Positions 25,480-38,600 of a stretch of DNA of 64,000 nucleotides are shown here, piece by piece. The stretch's first letter is position 1, and each line of letters begins with the position of its first letter. Under the pieces are notes generated by a model. That model made no database searches and was not told where the DNA came from. It was given only the letters and a program-made list of their open reading frames with translations. Origin of the DNA: Balanoglossus misakiensis (Eukaryota; Animalia; Hemichordata); the NCBI GenBank assembly GCA_040954595.2, contig CM082581.2:806001-870000 (forward strand), read 5' to 3'. A program made the position numbers and the translations under genes.

Positions 25480-27927
25480 TTTTTATCTCCACTAACTGCC
25501 AACACACTGTCCAATTGCACATTCACTCACTGACATATTCAACTAACACACCAGTTTCTTTATTTCAAAAAGTACACAGTAAAACATCACAAATGACAAG
25601 ACAGGGGTATCAGGAATCACACAAATCATACTAAAATTTTTACTGAAGCCATTGCTGTAAGATTGCTGTAAGTAATGGCACTATTCAATGGTGTTAACAC
25701 CACATAGCACAATGATGTACTGCACACATTCAAGTCACATACCTTTTTGAAGTATTAATAAACACTGATTCTATGAACTGTTAAAATTATTTTTTCTTAC
25801 ATCATCCCTGAATACCAAATTTCAAACAAATTAGGCTAGTGCTTTCACATGTTAACACACAATGCATGGCACTGGACAATCATCCTATCCGATCTGAAAC
25901 CTCAGTGTCACTTACCACAAAACTAAACACGTTATCTACAAATGATTTACGAAACTAATTCGTACACGACACAATACACAATTGAGTGTGTTGATCTCTT
26001 AGTTTGTACATGATACTTTGCACTGATGTACACCAACACTCACCTTGAGAACTCTTTGGTAGCCAAAACTGTCAAGAAAATAAACAAAACTTTTAAATTA
26101 AATCATTAAGTATAATTGTGTATTTAAACAAGTACATCAAGATATACACTTGCCTGCATAACACGCACCTCTCAATAGCCATAATGTATCAATGTCGAGA
26201 TGACATCACTCCAAGTACAAGATAGCGAATGATGATTTTTTTACAATAACCCCACTACTTAAACAGGACAACAAATTACAATGAATTCACTATCAACCTT
26301 GTGATATTCAGAAAATCAATTCTTGGTCACATAAATTGTCCTGTCCACAAAATGGTTTCATGGCATCAAAATATGTTAACAAGTCAACTCTACTTTTCAT
26401 GCTCCAACCAGATTTCATTGTCTATGTTTTTAACATGCCTGTCACGACTAGAAAGCATACACACTAAACAGAGTGGTCACCAGCATAATTTGGCCAATTC
26501 TATGCTTGTCCTCACATTCTTACGAACAATTCAAATGTCAAATTATCTAGCAATGTTTCTGTTATGTACTCACACAGATTGTTCCATATTTGAAGCAAAT
26601 AATTATCAAAAACAAATTGATTACCCTGATATAAATTCCAATGAAAACCTTAAGGCTTTTGGTCATGTAAACATACAATATTAACAGAAAAAATAATGGA
26701 AAATACAATCCATTTTTACTACTGTTTATTTTTTGACAAATACATATAAGAGACATGGAAACTATTGAAGTACACATCCCAAAATAATATCCTACCACTG
26801 CTTGTACGTTTCATACACACGATACAAGACCGATCGCCCGAATTCAGCAGATTCACTTGCCTAAAACCGTTTCTAAATAATCATATGTACCTGTATACAC
26901 TCCAAAAATAAGCTTAATTTCAACTTGTATGGAATGAAATAGAAACTCCGATGTACCCAGCCTCTGATGTTTCTATTCCTTCAAGCAAACTTCACCATCT
27001 TAACATATATACAATTTGCCAAAACATGCATACAAACGAAACCCTTTCAGTATATAACGACAACCGCCATATTGGATGTCGCTCGACACGAAAATAAAAA
27101 AGCCTGATAAAAACTGCCATCGCCTCATACACAATTAAAATCACACTACCATTGGATAAAACACAACTACGTAACCAATACCATCAACTCTTACACGTTC
27201 AAACCACCGATTCTGTCATTTATACTCATTAAAAATAACCACGAGAATATACACATATCCCACTAACCTATATTCAGCTGCTGAACAACAAGAGCACTTG
27301 ATTCGTTTTCGGATGTGACTACGTGCAACAACATACGCATCACCATCACATTCGCGTTGGGATTCAAGACAGTTTCAATATCTCAAGAAGCAATACAACG
27401 AGAAGACCTTCTCGGGATTTTATGCACATCCTGTTGGATATCGCTGCCAAATGTCCACAGATGATAAAACATGATACCAGAATGTTGTATTGGGGACAAC
27501 CATCAAATGTTCCCGTGCCAGCGCCCTCTATATTCTAGAAACCCTGGTATATCTCAAGAAACATTACCATTTTTAATTATTTTTAAAAGCAAAAGTAAGT
27601 TGTCATTTTATTTGTACAATTATTTCTCTATATTAAACAAGTATACATAAACACTAAAACATGTTTTGCCATGTTAACATAAATTTATGACCATTTTAAA
27701 ATACTATATAGCTTATATTTATTAAAGTACAAATTCAGATGTTTTTCATTTTTAACCATTTCCACAATCAAAATGAAAAAAAAAATCGCATTAATAGTAG
27801 ATTGGGTTATATTGGATATCATTATGTAAAACTGAAGAGTCACTATGGCATGGAAACTACTGAGATATGTGGTAGAAAACCAAAATGCCCAACAAATATA
27901 CACAGTGTGTGTTGTGTGTTAGATAGG

Positions 27928-28080
27928 TACATACATACATACATACATACATACATACATACATACATACATACATACATACATACATACATACATACAT
28001 ACATACATACATACATGCATGCATGCATGCATACATACATACATACATACATACATACATACATACATACATACATGCAT
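27928..28080 (+). repeat. (TACA)n/(TGCA) microsatellite
   Basis: Directly visible; source of the spurious MYVC/HTYI ORFs. Confidence 0.98.
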
Positions 28081-29335
28081 GCGCCCTGTATTGACCAAAT
28101 ACCGTCGTGCAAGCTCATGTACAAGCTATTTCATTATGCCTGAACAAAAATTGACCAAATTCTACTGTTTATTATGATTCATTCTTCGAAACAATTCATC
28201 TTCTTGCCATATTTTATTTGTTCATATAACACATTTTGAAGAAAAGTTGTACAAAGACTACAATATACTAATGGGCTATATTCTCAAAACAGATATATTA
28301 CCACAAATACTACTAGGGATTGTGTAGTGGTTTCTTTCTCACTATAAGACATATGATATCTGATATCAACCATACAAACAATATCAATCTTCTTACACAC
28401 ATACATACATTCATACTTACACAAAAAGCATAAAACACCAATTTATTTTATATAGCCTTATATTAATTTATTTCAATTGTGAAAATAGACACACATACAA
28501 AAAAGAACAGAAAAACAATCACAGTATCTGGTTTATGAAATAAAAAAGACCAAACAAGCAATTGCTTCCGAAATAGCATATTCCACATTCTGTCACAAAT
28601 TGAGCAAATTCCAGTAAAATCAACCCCAAGGACCTACACACTAAATTTCAAAGTAATTGTACAAAGAATTTAACTAAACACAACTAAAATTGATCAAAAA
28701 TTACACATTTCACCACAATTTACATAAACTCTACCAACTTCACCCTAGGAACCTGCATACTAAATTTCAAAGTAATTGGCCCCGTGGTTTCAGTAAAGAA
28801 AAGTGACAGACAGTGACACCACTCACCCAATAAGACAATCACCCAATCTAATAAGCTCAACATAACTGACAACACAGCTAAACAGTTCACCGACAATATA
28901 AATACAATTGTGTACATTTCACAAATGACAATATTAGCCTTTTAGTCACCTCTGACTCTAATGTAAAGTACATTATGGTAACTGTTCATTGAAATGTTTC
29001 TGGGAAATGTTTACTAAGGCTATTTAATATCTTCTAGTTTTTTTTTATAACACATGGTTTCTCTTGCAATTCCTCTTTCAGTAAACAGGATAAACTTTCT
29101 ACACCATTACACTTATATGCTACTGCCAAATGGAAGTAATCTAATCCTGTAGTAGCTATAAAGCAGCATTGTCAGGGCCCAAGCAACATGATGAAAAAAG
29201 GTGAAAGCACACGTTATAGTTACTCAAACTTTTACCAGAAAATTTTGATAGATCATATTGGTTCACGTCCAAGCAAATCGGACTTCTAACCATATTGGTT
29301 AGCTTACAATTTGATAAGTATATAAATTAAAGGGA

Positions 29336-29612
29336 CCCTTTTCCATTAATTATGTTTGATGCAAGACACCATTTATGTTAATGTACATGTGGATATATAG
29401 TGAATCAACATTCAACAACACACACTGCTTGTAGACACGAGAGTGAAAAATCTTGCCAAAATGAATAATTGGTCTTTACCATTTATTCATTTTGGGCGAG
29501 TTTTTACTGTCATATCCTACAAACGGGATGGAAGCTGTGTGTGGTCGAACGTTGATTCACTATATATCCACATCAACAGTCTCTTGTATCACACATAATT
29601 ATTAAAAAAGGG
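29336..29612. mobile_element. Palindromic MITE-like hairpin, ~280 bp
   Basis: ATGTGGATATATAGTGAATCAAC vs GTTGATTCACTATATATCCACAT; centre AAAATGAATAATTGGT-CTTT-ACCATTTATTCATTTT at ~29476. Confidence 0.7.
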
Positions 29613-29845
29613 CAGCAAAGAGACTTTCTGCCTTTAATAAGCTAATAAAAGTGTTAGACTGCATTGGCTGCTCTATAATACCATTTAGCAATGCAGTAAC
29701 TCCTGTGGATGCCAATTTCTGACTCTCTGTTATTTCTCACATGCATTTGTGAATTTTTATTGAAATAAAAAAACTGGTGTGTTGAATATGTCAGTGAGTG
29801 AATGTGCAATTGGACAGTGTGTTGGCAGTTAGTGGAGATAAAACA

Positions 29846-29919
29846 ATCCTCATGGTGTAATGGTTAACGCACTTGTCACTTTGTGATAAGGGATCCTGGT
29901 TCGATTCCTGGTGAGGATG
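29846..29919 (+). pseudogene. tRNA-derived sequence (pseudo-tRNA or SINE head)
   Basis: Acceptor stem ATCCTCA/TGAGGAT, A box TGGTGTAATGG, B box GGTTCGATTCC; 5' half resembles tRNA-Gln; anticodon loop is non-canonical and no T-run terminator follows. Confidence 0.55.
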
Positions 29920-29952
29920 ATAAAAAAGGAGTCCATTTGCTGTGTGTTTTCC

Positions 29953-30279
29953 ATGTATGTATGTATGTATGTATGTATGTATGTATGTATGTATGTATGT
30001 ATGTATGTATGTATGTATGTATGTATGTATGTATGTATGTATGTATGTATGTATGTATGCATGCATGCATGCATGTATGCATGTATGCATGTATGCATGT
30101 ATGTATGTATGCATGTATGTATGTATGCATGTATGCATGTATGCATGTATGTATGTATGCATGTATGTATGTATGCATGTATGCATGTATGCATGTATGC
30201 ATGTATGCATGTATGCATGTATCTATGTATCTATGTATCTATGTATGCATGCATGTATGTATGTATGTATGTATGTATG

Positions 30280-30313
<34 letters not shown>

Positions 30314-30340
30314 TGTATGTATGTATGTATGTATGTATGT
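29953..30340 (+). repeat. (TATG)n/(CATG) compound microsatellite
   Basis: Directly visible; the right flank is the inverse of the left flank of 27928-28080. Confidence 0.98.
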
Positions 30341-31528
30341 ACCTATCTAACACACAACACACACTGTGTATATTTAATTCCACAATGCTTGATACTAAAA
30401 CTGTCCACAAAAAAACATTTGTTTATAACCCCTAAGTGCTTGTCTTCCACACTTACCTTCTCTTGGCATTTATTTCCACAGATGATGCAATACTGCTCGT
30501 CTCTTCATCCTGGTCTCTTGCGCTCCCCTTTTTACTCTCCCTGAATGCTGACAACACGTACCGTCTCATTGTTCAGTGGATATGCCTTGCTGTCATCTGC
30601 ATCTGCTCCCTCAGTACCCCCTTCTCCCTGGCACAATCATCCAAATACTATCGCAGAGGGCGCTATACTATATGACGATCAACACAATATCATTCAGATA
30701 ATCTTTGCACAGTGGGTAAATTAAGCATTTGGTTTTTCACGAGACTTTCATCAGTTGTACTAAAATGAAATGTGTCTACACTATACAAATGACAATGGCC
30801 TTCTAATTCAGAGACGTTGGGAAGGACTAGTGAGCACATACAGCAAATCAGAAGGCCCAAAATGGCAAAGTTGCATGATTACTAATGGGAATCAAAGAAT
30901 ACACAGGGTATATTTAATTCCACAGAGTGCTTGATACTAAAATTATTGCTGTTTTACAATTGTGGCATTTACTGCTGATAATAAGGTTACCATAGATACA
31001 ATTGGAATAGACCGGACAGGGATAAACATATAAAGGCTAGGTTAACCCCCCACCCCCTACCACAGAGGGCGCTATACCGATCATCAAGTCAGTACCATTG
31101 ACATAAATCTGTGCAGAGTGGGTAAATTAGGCATTTGGTTCTTCAGATTTTCATAAGTTGCACTAAAATGCTATGTGGCCCACTACAAGGACAAATAAGT
31201 CAAAAATGGCAAATTTGATATTTACTTTGAGGTTGACATGGGGCAAAGGAGACAATACAAGAACACTGAAACTCAATTAGTGAAACATTAAAGTTGTACA
31301 TGTACTTTATTTCTCTAACAAACTTAGAGAAAATTTACATGGCCATCTTTTTACTCAGAGAACTGATGTTGAAAAGAAAACAATGTTACATCATAAAATT
31401 GAAATCCTACATGTCACTAATTTCTGATTTTCACAAATGTTCATAAAAAAAACTTGTTCTCTGCAAACCTTACCCCCCCCCCCTCCTATTGTCGGTGCTT
31501 CTAATGTAACTCTCAATTTTTCCCTAAG

Positions 31529-31853
31529 GTGTTAAAAGAACCAAATGGTGATGATATGGTAGAAGGGATATTTGAGGGAATAGACATAGATGAGTAAGTA
31601 TTAACTGCAGTACTTGCTTCCACCAATTTCCTATCATTTTGTGTACATGTTCACGTCTCTGTGTCTTACCAATCACATTCTGTCCTTCTTATTTTTTTCT
31701 AGAAGTGGCATCTTCTGTGTCAGACGGCAAATACTTACAGTGTCCCACCTTATGCCAGACCTTGGGTACAGAGGAGGCCATATTAGAAAACCTGCCAATG
31801 CATGTACACTACTCTATCAATCAAGAAATGCAACAGTCACAAAGATTGAGTAA
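31529..31853 (+). pseudogene. OB-fold gene 3' exons D (31529-31593) and E (31703-31853)
   Basis: The upstream intron 31390-31528 matches 22260-22412, the intron after exon C. AAG|VLKEPNGDDMVEGIFEGIDID(E)|GTAAGT is phase 2; TTTTTCTAG|SGIFCV...RNATVTKIE* continues in frame. Confidence 0.6.
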
Positions 31854-32129
31854 GTTAACTAAACCAAAGCAATCTCCACCCTGCAACTTCCCCAGCACTT
31901 ACTATCTGCATGCAAGTTGTGAACTTTTAATTTAGTATTCATTACAGAAACATTTCAGTCCTACAATTCACATGCATCTTATTTTCGTCAACACCATCTT
32001 ATACAAAATATGATTTAACCATCTTGTTCTCATTTCTCTCCAATGTACAGAAAGCAGTAGCCTGGATGGATTTACAGAGAGAGAGGCTAGTACACGGCAC
32101 TCATGTGGACATGCACTACCACATATCAT

Positions 32130-33398
32130 ATCTCAACGGGACTTCGGTTGTCGCTGTAGTATTTAACCCAAGTTTAACTGTGACACCCACGTCCGTACAT
32201 GGCAAGGTTTTCTCTCCCAAAAGTTTCAGTTTGGCATCCCAGTTACCATCAGTTGCGCTTTCTCCATGCCTTCTAAGTTGAATGCGATTTACCATCACCG
32301 GATTCATACTGTGGTGCAAAGACAATTAAAAACATCGATTGTAAGTCATTTAGTAGTGATACCATTGTTACCAAACCTCGTTTTAAAATACATGTAATCT
32401 GTACTCGAAACTATCATTTTTTCTTTCTTTCTAGAATATGACTTGTGAGCGAGTGCCGCGTTTAAATTGATACTGAGAATAAACACCGCTAATCGACGAT
32501 AAAATCAACGTATTTTCAAATGCAAGTGAACGCATGGAGGCGGCCATATTGAATTTAGGTTACATCCCAAGACATTCCGACTGGGCTTCAGGTGGATTCG
32601 GGAAAGGTCTCTAAAACATAATCGGTCATCCAGTTTTGTATACTAAATTTCTAAAAATGAAGGACATGGGAGGTTAACATACCCACAATGACTACACACA
32701 AAAAAGGGCCCAGGCGTTTCGGGGTGCGATTGTTACGTACCTTAGCTCCATCATCTGCAACCAGCCAAGGCATGGCTGTGAAATTGCGCGTCATGGAGGA
32801 TGTCGAGATCCGGAATTCCGCCAACGGGAAACTGTTTAGCGTGCCTTGTATGCAGCACGATGGCAACGTTCTGGAACTTAAATTCTGGAAAGAAAATCCG
32901 AAGTGGCTGAACAGATTATAGAAGGGAGAATACGTACAGCTCCGCAACTTTTCCACTGGAAGAGATAATACCATTTGCCTCTATGATACAGCAAAGGCCG
33001 GGGATGCCATTACGCCGTTAAACCTGAAATATAGATTGAGAGTGGATATTGTTTTACACAATTTTTGAACATTGAAGTAAAGTATTAGAATGATGGAGTC
33101 CGATAGAAAAAGTGAGTTGGTAATTTCGGCATCCGACTTCGTTATTAAAATGGAAAGATTTGCGATTTGAGATTCGGTTACCATTTGGAAGTTTGAAAGG
33201 AAATATTTCATTCAAGTACAGTGGCAACTACTGGATTATGGAGAATATTTGAAATGTTGATGAATGGAGACCTATTAGAATCAATGAAAACCTACCTTTA
33301 TTGGTGTTACGGTTACTACACCTGACAGACCGCTGGTCTGCGTCCGACCGATTTTGAGCTCCTAGCTCTTGTGGAGACATGCGGAGGTACAGCGGGTT
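32130..33398. pseudogene. Further scrambled OB-gene fragments: exon C (minus), exon A (plus, with stop), promoter block (minus)
   Basis: 32130-32996 is the inverse of 21357-22240; exon A copy has TAG at 32919-32921; fold-back junction at ~32996 leads into the 5' region. Confidence 0.75.
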
Positions 33399-33399
33399 T

Positions 33400-34122
33400 A
33401 TTGTTTTTTTGTAAAACCATAGTTAAACTCCAAAAATCTTCTTCTCCAGAACGAGCGATGACTGAGTCGCAAGATTCGGGGAGTATGGTCACTACACTGA
33501 TGTCTATCAAGTTTGCAAAGAGCATTGTGATTGGTCGAAGATTATGGTGGCCATATTGGATTTTGTAAAAAACAGAGAAAAATTGAAATTCCTTTTTCTA
33601 GTCCAAAAATTGATAGCATACAAATTCTTTTTATGGATATCAATTGTCATGTGACTAAAATATATAACAATTTTTTGGCGATTTTTCACATGACCTTTGA
33701 CCTAATTATCACGCGTTATTATTTCTGCATATCTAATTCCAGGCTAACCTATAGGGCTAGAGGTTTGGTTTTTGATGAATGTGGATTAGTGTGTGATCAA
33801 AATATTTTGCTACTTTTCATGACCCCTTTGACCTCTGCTGACCTCATTAATTATGCACATACCTAATTACAGGCGAACCAATAGAGCTAGAGTTTTGGTG
33901 TTTGTTGGACATGGACCAGTATGGGTAAAAAAAAATTGCCCAAATTTTGGGTGACCTCAGGTGACCTTTGACCTACTTCACCCTATTTCAGCAGCAAAAA
34001 TACACACATCATTGTTATGTCATGAGATAATACATCCGATAGAAAATTCTGTTTCTTCTCATTCATACTGTGCATATATAATTCAAGATCAGCGCTTGGG
34101 CCCAACAATGCTGCTCGCAGCT
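33400..34122 (+). mobile_element. 5'-truncated non-autonomous Helentron fragment
   Basis: Matches 50770-51120 and 51880-52140; ends in GCTTGGGCCC plus hairpin GCTGC-TC-GCAGC. Confidence 0.65.
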
Positions 34123-34780
34123 AAACAATTTTCTTCCTAGTGTTGTATGCGCCACTTGTGAATTTTTGCGAGTGAGATTCACGGGCGTTTGAGCACAATT
34201 TATACAAAATATGTTTATCGCCATTAGAAAAACGTTCGCGTAGAATCAATGACGTCATGGTAAATTTTAGCTGCATGCTCCAATAGGGATGATAGGGAGA
34301 CTACTTGTTGTAGAGCACCTGAAAATATACGTATTTCGTCACTTCCTTTATGCGAAATTTAATTCTTAACGGCATCTTAGTTTTAAGATTTGTGATTCCT
34401 TTTTTCTTCAGTTGTACATTTGCATCACAGGATACTTCTTTGTAGACTATCGAACCTTGGCATCTCAGACACAGTACTAACATGGTTTACATCTTACCTT
34501 CAATATAGATATCAAACTGTAATCATCGAAAACACTGCAAGTTCACAGTCACCTCTCGTATATGGGGTGCCACTGCCCCTCTGTTGTTCACCATTTATAT
34601 AGCCCCACTTTATAGTAAACCGATTCGTCCCCACATCCTACAATTTCATCAGTACGCGGATGATAACCAGCGATACCTCGCCTTTTCCCATCAAGATTCA
34701 ACCTCTGACGTTCCTGTCTTCTAAGGATTGTTGAACTTTAATTCATGCAGTTTGTTGTTACGGCCGGTCGTCCTCCGGAC
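34120..34780 (+). repeat. Apparently identical direct duplicate of 63340-64000
   Basis: Line-by-line match at offset 29220, continuing to the window end. Confidence 0.95.
34400..34700 (+). pseudogene. LINE (CR1/L2 group) reverse transcriptase fragment
   Basis: HRILLCRLSNLGISDTVLTWFTSYL...YGVP, then after frameshifts PLLFTIYIAP and QYADDNQRYLAF. Confidence 0.85.
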
Positions 34781-35600
34781 GTTTACCTCATCGGCTTCTG
34801 TGGGGAATCAGCCACGTCCGAAAGCTGACGGCGTACATTCTCTCCATCTCCTTCTCCACCCAACATATTCATAAAGTCCGAGAGAGGTACCCGGCAGATC
34901 GTAAACCTTTCGTAGACAGAGACTTGCAAGAAGTTTTCCGAGTAACACAAAGTTCTGGTTTATTACTGGTCACACGTAAGAATTACACGACTCGATCCAT
35001 GCTCGTTGACTCCCATCACGGATCTCCGGTGATAAATGTGTGATCTCAAATTTCACCACACCTTATTAATACGTTAGTCAAGTATTAAGTCATAAAAGGA
35101 ACACGTCATCTTGATATTTCTTAAACATGAACTTAGCGCGTGATATCTCTATCTCGTTCTGACATGTATCAATTACACAATCTTGTTTACTCTGGGTCAA
35201 GTACCAATGTCAATACTGGACTAAAACCATATAAGTGAATGACTTCTTACGTAATCATAAACAAGATCTATGATCGTTAAAACTCAATCGTGACACTTGT
35301 ATTACCGCTGGTTTCTCATGATTGTTCATGCATCGGGGAATCTGTAGCGATGAGGTAACGGGCTCTGACGAGAACCGTGATCCACGGAGAAACGTATCTG
35401 ATTTACGTTCATTTATTGTCCGGAATTATTATAGTACATCAAATACGCCCAGTAAAGTACATGAGGAAGGGAACGAGCTCAGTAGCCTGAGGTACTCCCA
35501 TCTCCCGTTAGATTATTCTCCCCTAACTTTGGAAACAAAGTTCTCTTATAATTACTTTTCTCAAGGCGTGGTTAACCATGTAAAATATCACAAATACATG

Positions 35601-38600
35601 TAGTGGCCAGTGTCGTGCCCATTAATTTTGAGTGTTTGGTGGGGTCAACCTTTGCGTCAACATTGATTAACCAGGCCATGCAGAGCTAGTGGCCAGTGTC
35701 GTGCCCATTAATTTTGAGTGTTTGGTGGGGTCAACCTTTGCGTCAACATTGATTAACCAGGCCATGCAGAGCTAGTGGCCAGTGTCGTGCCCATTAATTT
35801 TGAGTGTTTGGTGGGGTCAACCTTTGCGTCAACATTGATTAACCAGGCCATGCAGAGCTAGTGGCCAGTGTCGTGCCCATTAATTTTGAGTGTTTGGTGG
35901 GGTCAACCTTTGCGTCAACATTGATTAACCATGCCATGCAGAGCTAGTAGCCAGTGTCGTGCCCATTAATTTTGAGTGTTTGGTGGGGTCAACCTTTGCG
36001 TCAACATTGATTAACCAGGCCATGCAGAGCTAGTGGCCAGTGTCGTGCCCATTAATTTTGAGTGTTTGGTGGGGTCAACCTTTGCGTCAACATTGATTAA
36101 CCAGGCCATGCAGAGCTAGTGGCCAGTGTCGTGCCCATTAATTTTGAGTGTTTGGTGGGGTCAACCCTTGCGTCAACCTTGATTAGCCAGGCCAGAGCTT
36201 AGTGGCCAGTGTCGCGCCCATTAATTTTGAGTGTTTGGTGGGGTCAACCCTTGCGTCAACCTGGATTAGCCAGGCCAGAGCTAGTGGCCAGTGTCGTGCC
36301 CATCAATTTTGAGTGTTTGGTGGGGTCAACCCTTGCGTCAACATTGATTAGCTAGGCCAGAGCTAGTGGCCAGTGTCGTGCCCATCAATTTTGAGTGTTT
36401 GGTGGGGTCAACCCTTGCGTCAACCTTGATTAGCCAGGCCAGAGCTAGTGGCCAGTGTCGTGCCCATCAATTATGAGTGTTTGGTGGGGTCAACCCTTGC
36501 GTCAACCTTGATTAGCCAGGCCAGAGCTTAGTGGCCAGTGTCGTGCCCATCAATTTTGAGTGTTTGGTGGGGTCAACCCTTGCGTCAACATTGATTAGCC
36601 AGGCCAGAGCTAGTGGCCAGTGTCGTGCCCATCAATTATGAGTGTTTGGTGGGGTCAACCCTTGCGTCAACATTGATTAGCCAGGCCAGAGCTTAGTGGC
36701 CAGTGTTGCGCCCATTAATTTTGAGTGTTTGGTGGGGTCAACCCTTGCGTCAACCTTGATTAGCCAGGCCAGAGCTAGTGGCCAGTGTCGTGCCCATCAA
36801 TTTTGAGTGTTTGGTGGGGTCAACCTTTGCGTCAACCTTGATTAGCCAGGCCAGAGCTAGTGGCCAGTGTCGTGCCCATTAATTTTGAGTGTTTGGTGGG
36901 GTCAACCTTTGCGTCAACCTTGATTAGCCAGGCCATGCAGAGCTAGGGGCCAGTGGCGTGCCCATCAATTTTGAGTGTTTGGTGGGGTCAACCTTTACGT
37001 CAACCTTGATTAGCCAGGCCATGCAGAGCTAGTGGCCAGTGTCATGCCCATCAATTTTGAGTGTTTGGTGGGGCCAACCTTTGCGTCAACCTTGATTAGC
37101 CAGGCCATGCAGAGCTAGTGGCCAGTGTCGTGCCCATCAATTTTGAGTGTTTGGTGGGGTCAACCTTTGCGTCAACCTTGATTAGCCAGGCCATGCAGAG
37201 CTAGTGGCCAGTGTCGTGCCCATCAATTTTGAGTGTTTGGTGGGGTCAACCTTTGCGTCAACCTTGATTAACCAGGCCATGCAGAGCTAGTGACCAGTGT
37301 CGTGCCCATCAATTTTGAGTGTTTGGAGGGGTCAACCTTTGCGTCAACCTTGATTAACCAGGCCATGCAGAGCTAGTGGCCAGTGTCGTGCCCATCAATT
37401 TTGAGTGTTTGGTGGGGTCAACCTTTGCGTCAACATTGATTAACCAGGCCATGCAGAGCTAGTGGCCAGTGTCGTGCCCATCAATTTTGAGTGTTTGGTT
37501 GGGTCAACCTTTGCGTCAACATTGATTAACCAGGCCATGCAGAGCTACATTGTAGTGGCCAGTGTCGTGCCCATCAATTTTGAGTGTTTGGTGGGGTCAA
37601 CCTTTGCGTCAACATTGATTAACCAGGCCATGCAGAGCTAGTGGCCAGTGTCGTGCCCATCAATTTTGAGTGTTTGGTGGGGTCAACCTTTGCGTCAACA
37701 TTGATTAACCAGGCCAGAGCTAGTGGCCAGTGTCGTGCCCATCAATTATGAGTGTTTGGTGGGGTCAACCCTTGCGTCAACCTTGATTAGCCAGGCCAGA
37801 GCTTAGTGGCCAGTGTCGTGCCCATCAATTTTGAGTGTTTGGTGGGGTCAACCCTTGCGTCAACATTGATTAGCCAGGCCAGAGCTAGTGGCCAGTGTCG
37901 TGCCCATCAATTATGAGTGTTTGGTGGGGTCAACCCTTGCGTCAACATTGATTAGCCAGGCCAGAGCTTAGTGGCCAGTGTTGCGCCCATTAATTTTGAG
38001 TGTTTGGTGGGGTCAACCCTTGCGTCAACCTTGATTAGCCAGGCCAGAGCTAGTGGCCAGTGTCGTGCCCATCAATTTTGAGTGTTTGGTGGGGTCAACC
38101 CTTGCATCAACATTGATTAGCCAGGCCAGAGCGAGTGGCCAGTGTCGCGCCCATTAATTTTGAGTGTTTGGTGGGGTCAACCTTTGCGTCAACCTTGATT
38201 AGCCAGGCCATGCAGAGCTAGGGGCCAGTGGCGTGCCCATCAATTTTGAGTGTTTGGTGGGGTCAACCTTTACGTCAACCTTGATTAGCCAGGCCATGCA
38301 GAGCTAGTGGCCAGTGTCGTGCCCATCAATTTTGAGTGTTTGGTGGGGTCAACCTTTGCGTCAACCTTGATTAGCCAGGCCATGCAGAGCTAGTGGCCAG
38401 TGTCGTGCCCATCAATTTTGAGTGTTTGGTGGGGTCAACCTTTGCGTCAACCTTGATTAGCCAGGCCATGCAGAGCTAGTGGCCAGTGTCGTGCCCATCA
38501 ATTTTGAGTGTTTGGTGGGGTCAACCTTTGCGTCAACCTTGATTAACCAGGCCATGCAGAGCTAGTGACCAGTGTCGTGCCCATCAATTTTGAGTGTTTG

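Noticed and set aside
29846-29919. Functional tRNA gene
   Set aside because: Anticodon loop lacks canonical U33 geometry, there is no oligo-T terminator, and it sits within a repeat.
27739-30544. Long MYVC/HTYI-repeat ORFs
   Set aside because: Translations of (TATG)n/(TACA)n microsatellites.
34756-35600. Possible minus-strand LTR starting TGTTACGG with TTTATT
   Set aside because: No closing terminus, TSD, PBS or partner LTR can be shown within the window.
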